From an uncultured Atopobium sp. (GTDB lineage Bacteria; Actinomycetota; Coriobacteriia; Coriobacteriales; Atopobiaceae): DNA of 64,000 nt. Positions 55,731-64,000 of the stretch are shown in pieces (positions within the stretch are counted from its first letter, which is position 1; each line of letters starts with the position of its first letter). Both the position numbers and the translations under genes were made by a program. Below the pieces are notes generated by a model. That model was not told the DNA's origin and ran no database searches. It saw only the letters and a list, made by a program, of their open reading frames with translations. The stretch lies in contig CALKRF010000155.1 in assembly GCA_937990665.1 (NCBI GenBank), forward strand, positions 19,295 through 83,294, given 5' to 3'.

Positions 55731-56771
55731 TTATCGCAAATCCGTAAAAGACTGGTTGAACGTAATAGAAAAGGTTGAACCTTTACCAATTGTACTGCTC
55801 ACAGCCAGCTTAAGGCCCATCTTTTTGCAGAGCTCATAGCAGAGATAGAGACCCATGCCGGTTGATTTGGCGTACTTGCGTCCATTTTGGCCGGTAAATC
55901 CCTTATCAAAAATTCGAGAAAGATCCTCTTCAGGAATACCAATGCCATTATCTTTAATGAAGAGAGTGGTTGAAGTAGTTCCCTCACGTGGCTCTGAGAC
56001 AGAGGCAGAAATCCAAACGTTCTTCTCGCCAGGTGAAAGCTCTGGATTTGAATACTTTGCAGCGTTGATTAAAAGCTGTCGCAAAATAAACTCAAGCCAT
56101 TTTGGGTCAGCCTTGACCACGTGGGCCAAGTCATCAAAATGCGGAGAAACACCAGCGTCAATGAAGACGCGTGCGTTGTTTTTAAGAGCATCTTTTACGA
56201 TGGACTGCAGATTAACGTCTCTGATAGAAAAATCTCGATCTACAGATGCACTGCGAGCGTAAAAGAGCGCTTGCTCTACTAGAGTTTCAATCTTGGTAAG
56301 CTGCGTTTGCACGTCATCCATAGGTAGCGATGGATTGTTTTGAGCAACCAAATGAGCTGCGGCGATGGGAGTCTTAATCTCATGCACCCACATCTCAATG
56401 TACTCGCGATATTCCTTTGATCGCATATGCTCATCGGCAAGCTGGTCCATCATAGACTTGGACATGCTAGAAAGCGCGTCCTTAAAAAGCTTCTCCTCCA
56501 GCGTTGAAGGTGTGTCCAGCATGGTAGGAACCAGATAGCTCTCTTTATCAGTTGCCGCTAAATTCTCAGCAAGCTGCTGGTAAAACCAACGACGATGAAA
56601 ATAATCAGCTAATAGTGCAGCTGCTCCCACTACCCATAAAACCAAAATACAGTAGGCAATAGCAAACGCGTTAAGCCCAACGCCCTTAAGCATAAAGCCA
56701 ATTAACGTGCTGCTCAATATAAGCGCAAGAAAGAAGATAGTTCGATTTTTTAGATACTTAAAAAGCGTCAT
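55731..56771 (-). CDS. Intramembrane-sensing histidine kinase (BceS-like)
   Basis: 346 aa with two N-terminal TM segments and almost no extracellular loop. H-box MWVHEIKTPI, then an HATPase_c domain (DNGIGI, STGMGLYL). Confidence 0.8.
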   Translation of the reverse strand: MTLFKYLKNRTIFFLALILSSTLIGFMLKGVGLNAFAIAYCILVLWVVGAAALLADYFHRRWFYQQLAENLAATDKESYLVPTMLDTPSTLEEKLFKDALSSMSKSMMDQLADEHMRSKEYREYIEMWVHEIKTPIAAAHLVAQNNPSLPMDDVQTQLTKIETLVEQALFYARSASVDRDFSIRDVNLQSIVKDALKNNARVFIDAGVSPHFDDLAHVVKADPKWLEFILRQLLINAAKYSNPELSPGEKNVWISASVSEPREGTTSTTLFIKDNGIGIPEEDLSRIFDKGFTGQNGRKYAKSTGMGLYLCYELCKKMGLKLAVSSTIGKGSTFSITFNQSFTDLR

Positions 56772-56777
56772 GACAGC

Positions 56778-57449
56778 CTACTCAATAACGTAGCCAAGTC
56801 CACGGCGTGTCATAACAAAGTCCTCAACGCCAATGCTTGCAAGAGTATTTCTGAGGTGGCTAATGTTGACCGTCAGCGTATTGTCATCAACAAACTCATC
56901 CGACTGCCACAGCTCTTCTTGAATACGCTGGCGAGAAACAACCGTTCCCGCATTTTGCATCAAAAGTGAAAGTATCCTGAGCTCGTTTTTGGTCAGCTCA
57001 ACGCTCTTCTGATTTGCAGAAACTTTACAGGAAGAAGAATCAAGCGTCACACCTGCATGTGAAAGCTTTGTTCCTGTTGTGACATCGCTATTTGCACGCC
57101 TCAGTACCGAGGTGATGTGCATAAGCAAAATCTGGGTGTTATAGGGCTTGGCGATAAAATCGTCCGCTCCTAACGAAAGCACCATAAGCTCATCAAGATC
57201 AGTGTTTCTGCTGGTAACTACAATGATGGGAACGTTTGAAAGCTGTCGTACTTCTCGACAAATCTGTTGTCCGTCAATACCAGGGAGGTTAAGGTCCAAC
57301 AGCACCAAGTCTGGATGCGCAGCAACAATCTGTTGAGGTGCGGACTCAAAAGACATGAGCGCCTGAGCCTCAAAGCCGTTTCTTTGCAGCAGGAGCACCA
57401 ACTCTTGCTGAATCTGATGGTCATCTTCTACTACCAGGATTTTTGTCAT
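56778..57449 (-). CDS. OmpR-family response regulator (BceR-like)
   Basis: Receiver domain (DLVLLDLNLPGIDG) plus a winged helix (LTKNELRILSLL...RRGLGY). Confidence 0.88.
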   Translation of the reverse strand: MTKILVVEDDHQIQQELVLLLQRNGFEAQALMSFESAPQQIVAAHPDLVLLDLNLPGIDGQQICREVRQLSNVPIIVVTSRNTDLDELMVLSLGADDFIAKPYNTQILLMHITSVLRRANSDVTTGTKLSHAGVTLDSSSCKVSANQKSVELTKNELRILSLLMQNAGTVVSRQRIQEELWQSDEFVDDNTLTVNISHLRNTLASIGVEDFVMTRRGLGYVIE

Positions 57450-57470
57450 ATGTGCTCACCTCCCGTTGTG

Positions 57471-58490
57471 CTACGCAAGTCCTACAAAGCGCTGGGCGTT
57501 TTCCCACAGTATGGTATACGTCTTCTCTTTGGGGATATCAAGTCGCTGCCAACGAAGCTCCGCCAAGCGCTCAACCGTGTGCACCACCATCGCTGGCGTG
57601 CACTCCCCTCCACGTAAAGGCTCTGGTGCCATGTAGGGAAAATCAGTCTCTGAGAGCAGTTGCGTCTCTGGGCAGGAAATCATTGCAGCTCGAATATCAT
57701 CTGAGCGCTTAAAGGTTGCTGCACCACCAAAGGCCACGAAGCAACCAAGATCTGCAAAAGGCTTCATAACCTCAGGACCATCGGTGTAACAATGCAGGTC
57801 ACAGCCAGCCTTAGGTACACCCAGACGATTTAGTATTTCAAGCGCCAAATCATGTGCGTGCACATTATCAGCACCATCACGTAGGTGTAGTTCAACGCGT
57901 TGATTGTGCTCGTGTGCAATTAAGAGCTGACGCTCAAATGCTTGGCACTGGACCTCTTCCGGGACCTCGCAGTACGGTCCAAAATCAAGACCAATCTCTC
58001 CCACACCAACGCAAAGAGGGTGCTCAAGAAGCTCAAACAAACGCTGTTCAGCCTCTTGGTTGTAGTCTGGTGCGCTATAAGGGTGGGCGCCAACTACAAA
58101 ATATGTGTGCTCAAACAAATACTCTGTTGGTAAATCGCAGGGTACGCAGAGATTTGCCTCAGCCAGCTTTGTATAAGCCTGGCGAGCCGCGCTAAGAGTA
58201 TCCTCAAACCATGCAATAAAAGCGCTGGTATCTGCCCACTTACGAGGAAACTCCGTAGCAATATCTACGGGCACAATAAGCATGCGCACACCTGCCGCAG
58301 CAGCACGCGCAAGAGACTCTGCTGCACTGTGCTCGTGGAGGCTGCCCAAGTGACCATGGGTATCGGCAACAGGCGCCAAAACACGCGGAGCTGGACGAGG
58401 TGTACCGTAAATATCATGGAACAGTTGACCGTCAGAAAACGAAAGTGCTTCCACTTCTTCTGCTGGTAAATGATGCTTTTTCTTACTCAC
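57471..58490 (-). CDS. tatD: TatD-family metal-dependent hydrolase
   Basis: DTHGHLG near the N-terminus, EIGLD, HLRD, HCYTDG, LLSETDFPY. Carries a roughly 45-aa N-terminal extension. The start overlaps the rsmA stop by 8 nt. Confidence 0.8.
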   Translation of the reverse strand: MSKKKHHLPAEEVEALSFSDGQLFHDIYGTPRPAPRVLAPVADTHGHLGSLHEHSAAESLARAAAAGVRMLIVPVDIATEFPRKWADTSAFIAWFEDTLSAARQAYTKLAEANLCVPCDLPTEYLFEHTYFVVGAHPYSAPDYNQEAEQRLFELLEHPLCVGVGEIGLDFGPYCEVPEEVQCQAFERQLLIAHEHNQRVELHLRDGADNVHAHDLALEILNRLGVPKAGCDLHCYTDGPEVMKPFADLGCFVAFGGAATFKRSDDIRAAMISCPETQLLSETDFPYMAPEPLRGGECTPAMVVHTVERLAELRWQRLDIPKEKTYTILWENAQRFVGLA

Positions 58491-59439
58491 TCAAAGGCTC
58501 CAAAGCAGCTGCAAGACAAATAAAGTCTTGGCTGGTCAAAACTTCTGCACGCGCCGTAGGCGCAATTCCTGTGGCGAGAAACGCCTGGTCTAGCATGTCT
58601 TTATCAAAGCCAGAGGCGCTCATTGAATTACGAATAGTCTTTCTGCGCTGAGCAAAGGCAGCGTCAATAACCCTCATGGTATGCAAGAGCTCTTCTTCAG
58701 AAAGAAGCTTGGAGGTCACCGGGTTTCTCGCGATGGTGCGATCAAGGCGGACCACAGCAGAGTTGACGCGTGGTGGAGGCATAAAGTTGCCAGGACCCAC
58801 CTCAAACCTGCCAGTAACCTGCGCAAACAAAGACAGCTTTGCCGTATAGGCACCATATGCCTTGGTGGAAGGCTTGGCAGCAATTCTGTCGGCAACCTCA
58901 GCTTGCACCATAACTACCGCGCGCTCAAGCGACGGAAGCTCTTGGAAGAACTTGAGGATCAACGTAGCTGCCACCTGATACGGCAAGTTGGATACAAACT
59001 TTGTTGGCATCGGGGCGCTCGACGGGGCACTCGGCGCTGCGTCCTGAGCAACGGCAGGAAGCGAGCTGTAAGCCTCGGAGAGCTTCTGCGGCGTGATTGC
59101 CAGCGCGTCACCCATGATCAACGCAAATGAGTCTGGATGAGGTTCCTTGCAGGTTACTGCTAAGACTTGCTCAAGCTCAGAGTCCGCCTCAAGCGAGCAC
59201 ACTGCGAGTGCGTTGTCGAGCAAGGCAACCGTAAGGGTACCCAGGCCGGGCCCAACCTCAACAATTACATCGGTAGGCTGAACCTCTGCAAGCTGGACGA
59301 TCTTCTGAATAATGTGGTCTTGCACCAGGAAGTTTTGGCCCAGCCTGTATTTGGTGGCAAGGCCAAAACGTTCCAGTGTTTCTTTAGTGGCGCGCTGATT
59401 AGCAAGCCACGATGTTTGATGTGATGCGTGCTCCGACAC
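58483..59439 (-). CDS. rsmA: 16S rRNA (adenine1518/1519-N6)-dimethyltransferase
   Basis: LGQNFLVQ, EVGPGLGTLT, SNLPYQV. Confidence 0.9.
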   Translation of the reverse strand: MSEHASHQTSWLANQRATKETLERFGLATKYRLGQNFLVQDHIIQKIVQLAEVQPTDVIVEVGPGLGTLTVALLDNALAVCSLEADSELEQVLAVTCKEPHPDSFALIMGDALAITPQKLSEAYSSLPAVAQDAAPSAPSSAPMPTKFVSNLPYQVAATLILKFFQELPSLERAVVMVQAEVADRIAAKPSTKAYGAYTAKLSLFAQVTGRFEVGPGNFMPPPRVNSAVVRLDRTIARNPVTSKLLSEEELLHTMRVIDAAFAQRRKTIRNSMSASGFDKDMLDQAFLATGIAPTARAEVLTSQDFICLAAALEPLSE

Positions 59440-59441
59440 GA

Positions 59442-61052
59442 TTACTTGCTTGCAAGACGTGGGAACAGAGCGTCTCCCTTAGAGACAGTCAGGCCACCCT
59501 GGAGCTTGCCCCATACGCACTCGCTGCGGGTATCGGTAGAGGTAATCTCTGCCTCGTCAAGGCTCATACGGCGCAGGACCTCTGCAGACGTAGTAGGCAT
59601 GAATGGCATAAAGAGATGTGCGCAAATGCGGATAGACTCAAGCAGCGTATAGATAATCTCTGCAAGCTCTGCTGCGCGCTCAGGGTCTTTTGCCACTGTC
59701 CAAGGAGCAGCGTCCTCAATGTAGTGGTTAGCTGCGTGGACAAGCTCCATGATGATGTTCTTAGCGCCTACGTAGTCCATCTTTTCCATGCATGCGGCGT
59801 AGCGGTCATAGATACCCTCGGCCAGCTTACGCAGCGGATGATCTGCAGCAACAGAAGAGCCATCAAAGGTTGGAGTGACGCCCTCAAAGTACTTATCGCT
59901 CATGTTAAGAGCGCGAGAAACCAAGTTACCCCAGCTATTTGCTAGGTCAGCGTTATAGACCTGCTCCATGCGCTCGAAGGAAATGCCCGAGTCCTCACCA
60001 GGGGTGACATCGGTCATGAAGTAATAGCGGTAGCCCTCAACACCCAGCAGCTCCAAAACATCCTTAGGTGCAATGGCGTTTCCACGAGACTTACTCATCT
60101 TCTCAACAACGCCGGTCTCAGAGTTACGAACGTTTAAGAAGCCGTGAGCAAAGATGTGCTCAGGAACAGCCTCACCAAGAGCCATAAGCATTGCAGGCCA
60201 AATGACGCAGTGGAAGCGGATGATGTCCTTGCCGACAACGTGCATCTGAGCTGGCCAGAAACGCTTTCTCATAGCAGCAGCCTCTGGGCTATCATCGCCA
60301 TAGCCAACAGCAGTGTAGTAGTTGAGAAGAGCGTCAAACCAGACGTAGGTTACGTGAGACTCATCAAAAGGAACCGGAACGCCCCAGTCAAAGCTGGTAC
60401 GGGATACAGAAATATCCTGGAGGCCAGACTCAACAAAGCTACGTACCTCGTTTGCGCGGAAGTCTGGCTCAATGAAATCTGGGTGCTCAGCGTAGAGCTC
60501 AAGCAGCTTGTCCTGGAATGCGGAAAGCTTGAAGAACCAAGACTCCTCAGAGACACGCTCAAGCTCACGATGGCAATCTGGGCAGAGGTGTGCGCCCTTG
60601 CAACCAGCCTCTTCGTCTGCCTTCTCTACCTGAGTCTCGGTGAAGAAGGTCTCCTCGTGGATGCAGTACCAACCATCGTAGGATCCCTTGTAGATGAAGC
60701 CGGCCTCACGCATGCGCTCCCACAGATACTGGACAGCTTTTACGTGGCGCTCATCGGTAGTACGGATGAAGTCGTCGTATGAGATGTTGAGTTCTTCGTA
60801 GAGTCCCTTGAAGAAAGGAACCTGCGAGTCGCACCATGCCTGTGGGGACAAGCCGTGATCAGCTGCGGCAAGAGCGACCTTCTCGCCATGCTCGTCCATA
60901 CCGGTGAGGAAGAAGACGTCGTATCCAGCAGCGCGTCTAAAGCGAGCCTGGATATCGCAAAGCAGGGTGCAGTACGCAGTTCCTAGGTGTGGCTTTGCGT
61001 TGACGTAATAAATTGGGGTGGTAATAAAGTATGACGGCTTGGCCTCGGGCAT
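59442..61052 (-). CDS. metG: Methionine--tRNA ligase (short form, no C-terminal tRNA-binding domain)
   Basis: HLGTAY (the HIGH motif), KMSKSRGN, and a zinc knuckle CPDCH. Confidence 0.93.
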   Translation of the reverse strand: MPEAKPSYFITTPIYYVNAKPHLGTAYCTLLCDIQARFRRAAGYDVFFLTGMDEHGEKVALAAADHGLSPQAWCDSQVPFFKGLYEELNISYDDFIRTTDERHVKAVQYLWERMREAGFIYKGSYDGWYCIHEETFFTETQVEKADEEAGCKGAHLCPDCHRELERVSEESWFFKLSAFQDKLLELYAEHPDFIEPDFRANEVRSFVESGLQDISVSRTSFDWGVPVPFDESHVTYVWFDALLNYYTAVGYGDDSPEAAAMRKRFWPAQMHVVGKDIIRFHCVIWPAMLMALGEAVPEHIFAHGFLNVRNSETGVVEKMSKSRGNAIAPKDVLELLGVEGYRYYFMTDVTPGEDSGISFERMEQVYNADLANSWGNLVSRALNMSDKYFEGVTPTFDGSSVAADHPLRKLAEGIYDRYAACMEKMDYVGAKNIIMELVHAANHYIEDAAPWTVAKDPERAAELAEIIYTLLESIRICAHLFMPFMPTTSAEVLRRMSLDEAEITSTDTRSECVWGKLQGGLTVSKGDALFPRLASK

Positions 61053-61130
61053 AATGACTCCCTTTGTGTAAGTTGCAATAACTTAACCAGTATAGAGCAA
61101 ATGCTGGGCACACTTGTGTTGGTATGGTAA

Positions 61131-62006
61131 TTATGCCTCGTGAGCAAGAATTGTCTGGTATGCCTCGTCACGCGCAATACCAAACTTCTGAGCAAGCTCC
61201 TTAGCCAGGGCTGATTTTCTCGTACCAGCAGCAAGACCAGCCTCTATTGCATCTTTAAGCGAGAGCTGAGAATCTCCTTCTGCCTGCGATGATGCAGAGG
61301 CAAGCTCTTCATCTGTGGGGGCCGCGATAACCAAAACACACTCGCCTTTAAGGTTCTCTTTTGCTGCAAGCGTCTCAACAAGGTAAGGCGCCACATCACG
61401 CACCACTTCTTCGTGCAGCTTAGTAAGCTCCCTGACAAGAGCCACCTGCCTGGTTGGAAACACCTCGGCTATGGCCTCAACGGTTGCAAGCACCCTAAAC
61501 GGAGATTCATACAGCACAATAGTGCCAGGAATTTGTGCAAGCTGCTGCAGACGCTGAACAATCTGCCCATGCTTTCTAGGCAAAAAGCCCTCAAAGAAGA
61601 AATGATCACTTGCTAGGCCCGATGCCACAAGTGCGCAGGTCACCGCAGAAGGACCCGGAATAACCTCTGTTGCAAGTCCTTCTGAAAGCGCCGCATCAAC
61701 CAAATGCTGACCTGGATCAGAGATGCCTGGCATGCCGGCATCTGACACAAACGCAACACGCTGACCAGCGCGAAGCCTCTCAAGCGTTGGCTCAATTTGC
61801 GACTCAATAATGTTTTGATCACAGCGCTGCAGTGGCACATGAATGTCAAATGCCGAGAGGAGCTTTGAGGTCACGCGCGTGTCCTCACATAAAATGACAT
61901 CTGCTGCTGCAAGCGTTTCTTTAACGCGCGGTGACGCGTCCGAAAGGTTTCCAATAGGCGTGCCCACAATAGACAGTTTACCTGATAAAAGAGTAGATTC
62001 TGTCAT
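61131..62006 (-). CDS. rsmI: 16S rRNA (cytidine1402-2'-O)-methyltransferase
   Basis: LSIVGTPIGNLSD, CEDTRVT, SDAGMPGISDPG. The start overlaps the GH5 stop (TAATG). Confidence 0.9.
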   Translation of the reverse strand: MTESTLLSGKLSIVGTPIGNLSDASPRVKETLAAADVILCEDTRVTSKLLSAFDIHVPLQRCDQNIIESQIEPTLERLRAGQRVAFVSDAGMPGISDPGQHLVDAALSEGLATEVIPGPSAVTCALVASGLASDHFFFEGFLPRKHGQIVQRLQQLAQIPGTIVLYESPFRVLATVEAIAEVFPTRQVALVRELTKLHEEVVRDVAPYLVETLAAKENLKGECVLVIAAPTDEELASASSQAEGDSQLSLKDAIEAGLAAGTRKSALAKELAQKFGIARDEAYQTILAHEA

Positions 62007-63046
62007 TACTCGAGCATTCCCCTCTCAAACGTTGCAAGCGCAACGCGTGCGTCCCATGCAGCCAAAAATGCAGAGGTCTTCCAAGTCTGGAAGAACCACG
62101 CAGGACACGTATTGTACACTTTGAGCTGACCAGAAGTATAAATGCGCTCAAGTGCAATTCTTCCTTCTGCCGTCATAGCACCGTCGATGCTTGGCAGTGA
62201 CGCCGACCACTTGCCCACCATGACCGGCAGACCACCTGAAGCAGACGTCTTCAAATACGCTTCGTTTTTATCAATGAGCTGCTGCACACCACGAGGACCT
62301 GAGCAATCAATTCCCTCACAAGGCTTATCAAGGTGAGCGTCAAGCCAAACGTTTTGATAAGCCTGCTGGCTCATAAAGCGTCTAAATCCCTGAGGCCATC
62401 CACCATCTGGAAGAATGACCACAGGCTCTTCTCCTGCCACAGATCTAATAGCCTCATACGCACGGCGATAATAGTTTCTGAGCGAGTGGCCAGGGATTCC
62501 ATCAGTGAGCTTAAAACCTTTGCGCACACGAGGCTTAACTTCATCAGCTACTTCGATGCCATAAAAACCACTGCGGTGAGCATAGTGAAGAGCAAGCTTA
62601 TGCAGAATAGAAAGGGACTTCTCCCCAGAAATTCTGGTGCGTGGAGCGCCACCTGGCTGGTCATTTAAGCCATCAGGCAGGCCTGGATTTACTGCTAGCA
62701 CAAAAATAACGTGTAGACCAAGCTCTTCTGCCCATTCAAGAGCCCTATCAAGCTCGGTAATGCAGCTAACATATGGAGTCCCTGCGGCTTCTTCATCAAA
62801 AACATACCAAGGCACAGAAATTCTTACCGCATTAAAACCACGTGCGGCAATGCTGACAAAGTCAGAACTCTGGATAAATGAAGAACGATGCGCTTTAACA
62901 AGATTGTGGTAAGCCTCAACACCAAGTGCCTTAATGAGCTGAGCTTCATCAACGCAGCCTGTACGTGCAAACGGCTCAGGAGTTACCCACGGTTCAAGCG
63001 TAAGCCAACCGGTTAAATTGACACCCCGCAACGCTCCGTGAGCCAT
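62006..63046 (-). CDS. GH5-like (exo-beta-1,3-glucanase-type) protein, no signal peptide, predicted nucleophile position is Lys
   Basis: RGVNLTGWLTLEPWVTPEPF is the GH5_9-like N-terminus. GIEVADEV lies at the NEP acid/base position. VGKWSAS lies where GH5 enzymes have G-E-W. The ATG at 63046 follows GAGGTGG (the ORF-track TTG is at 63064). Confidence 0.65.
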   Translation of the reverse strand: MAHGALRGVNLTGWLTLEPWVTPEPFARTGCVDEAQLIKALGVEAYHNLVKAHRSSFIQSSDFVSIAARGFNAVRISVPWYVFDEEAAGTPYVSCITELDRALEWAEELGLHVIFVLAVNPGLPDGLNDQPGGAPRTRISGEKSLSILHKLALHYAHRSGFYGIEVADEVKPRVRKGFKLTDGIPGHSLRNYYRRAYEAIRSVAGEEPVVILPDGGWPQGFRRFMSQQAYQNVWLDAHLDKPCEGIDCSGPRGVQQLIDKNEAYLKTSASGGLPVMVGKWSASLPSIDGAMTAEGRIALERIYTSGQLKVYNTCPAWFFQTWKTSAFLAAWDARVALATFERGMLE

Positions 63047-63139
63047 GAAATTCCACCTCGCCAAAAGATAAAACCTCTACATACGTAGAGTATACCCATC
63101 GAGGTTACGTTGCTCGCACGAGCTTTAAAAAACAACAGG

Positions 63140-63568
63140 TTACTTCATATTTTTTGAATAAATAGCACAGTTATTGGGCGTCTCATCAACCTCAACGGAA
63201 GAGACGGGCAAACCTTCTGCCTCAAGTTGCTCAAAGAGATACTTTGCCAGATTTTCTGCTGTTGTTCTAAAAGGCAAAATGGTGAGCGAGAAACCCTCTT
63301 CTTTAAGACAGCTCAGTGTCTTTTCAGAGAGAGATCCTTCCTCAATTAAAAACGTATGGTCAAGAGAATCACACAATGCGCGGACCTTGCGCTTAAAGAC
63401 ACCAAAGTCCATAACCATATCTTTTTCTGTGCCAGACTCACCAAGCTCTGCAGCAAAAATACAAGCGGTTACGTGCCAACGATGGCCATGCAGGTTCTCA
63501 CACTTGCCGTAGTAGTTGGTAAGAAAATGCGCTGAGTCAAAGGCATATTCAGTTTTAAGTGTATACAT
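63140..63568 (-). CDS. queD: 6-carboxy-5,6,7,8-tetrahydropterin synthase
   Basis: 142 aa. CENLHGHRWHV (the Cys-x3-HGH motif) in a PTPS fold. Confidence 0.88.
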   Translation of the reverse strand: MYTLKTEYAFDSAHFLTNYYGKCENLHGHRWHVTACIFAAELGESGTEKDMVMDFGVFKRKVRALCDSLDHTFLIEEGSLSEKTLSCLKEEGFSLTILPFRTTAENLAKYLFEQLEAEGLPVSSVEVDETPNNCAIYSKNMK

Positions 63569-64000
63569 TACTCGTTATCCTTTGAACCGCGGCCGCGATC
63601 ATCGCGTCCAGCTCTTCTATGCCTACGACGCGTAGCATTCTGTGGCTGAGTATCTCTAGATACAACGTTAGGCGCACCGCTAGAACCAGAAGCATTCTGT
63701 GGAGCACTCTGAGTCTTCATGCCCGCTCTATCGCCTGGACGACGAGTCCTCTTTGCACGAACTGGTGCCTGTGCCTCATCAGTTCTCTGTGCGCCCTGAG
63801 GAGCATCTGTCCTTCTAAAACGCTTACCTTGGGGCTGCTTCTGTGCAGAAGCTGAGCTGTGCTCATTCCTCTGAGGAGCCTGCGTATTTGATGCTCCATC
63901 ATCTGTTGAGTGATGACGACGGCGCGTACGACGCAGTGTGTCTGTTGATGCATCAAAGCTGCTAAATCCAGGATTAACCTGAGCATTCTTTGAAGTTCTT
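63568..64000 (-). CDS. 3' end of an unidentified gene; low-complexity basic (R/Q/S/T-rich) C-terminal tail
   Basis: I translated the frame by hand. It is open from 64000 down to the TAA at 63570-63568, ending ...RRRHRRAGRDDRGRGSKDNE*. The stop overlaps the queD ATG (TAATG). It is absent from the ORF track because its start lies outside the window. Confidence 0.55.
   Translation of the reverse strand, partial: RTSKNAQVNPGFSSFDASTDTLRRTRRRHHSTDDGASNTQAPQRNEHSSASAQKQPQGKRFRRTDAPQGAQRTDEAQAPVRAKRTRRPGDRAGMKTQSAPQNASGSSGAPNVVSRDTQPQNATRRRHRRAGRDDRGRGSKDNE

Overview
64-kb chromosomal window from a Gram-positive-type bacterium. GC looks mid-40s to about 50% by eye. Gene content hints at an Atopobiaceae/Coriobacteriia-like anaerobe, but that is a low-confidence guess. 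The window is almost fully coding (about 50 genes, mostly on the minus strand) and mostly housekeeping. In order: rsgA and a P-type Ca2+-ATPase; ldhA-pyk; a heterodimeric ABC exporter; DUF4342 plus an OmpR/HK pair; a glycogen cluster glgB-glgP-glgC-glgD-glgA ending in one ORF that fuses a GH13 hydrolase to a GH77 amylomaltase; an Fe-ADH-family gene; T-box-controlled pheST with a trailing PLC-like ORF; a ZnuACB-type zinc importer. Next comes a GalNAc/GalN-type locus: Man-family PTS IIA-yajC-IIB-IIC-IID, a GntR regulator, agaS, nagA, DUF3290/DUF421, and a divergent tagatose-6-P kinase plus class II aldolase. Then ilvE, DUF488, murI, an FKBP PPIase, a PcsB-like hydrolase, an NdpA-like protein and EIIA-Glc. 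A Bce-type module (RR-HK and ABC) is split by a double-GNAT gene. The window ends with tatD-rsmA-metG-rsmI-GH5-queD and a partial ORF. I saw no rRNA, tRNA, CRISPR array, transposase, integrase or phage genes. I did not find a convincing new multi-gene system. The most unusual items are: (1) a ~460-bp non-coding palindromic element sitting inside the stem of what looks like a former bidirectional terminator (13663-14162), with a smaller TIR unit nested in it; (2) an interleaved alternative-pairing leader that can sequester the SD of the Ca-ATPase gene; (3) the GH13-GH77 fusion; (4) a GH5-like protein with Lys where the nucleophile Glu is expected; (5) a PTS IID with a large loop insertion. All functional calls come from motif reading by eye. 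No database search was run.
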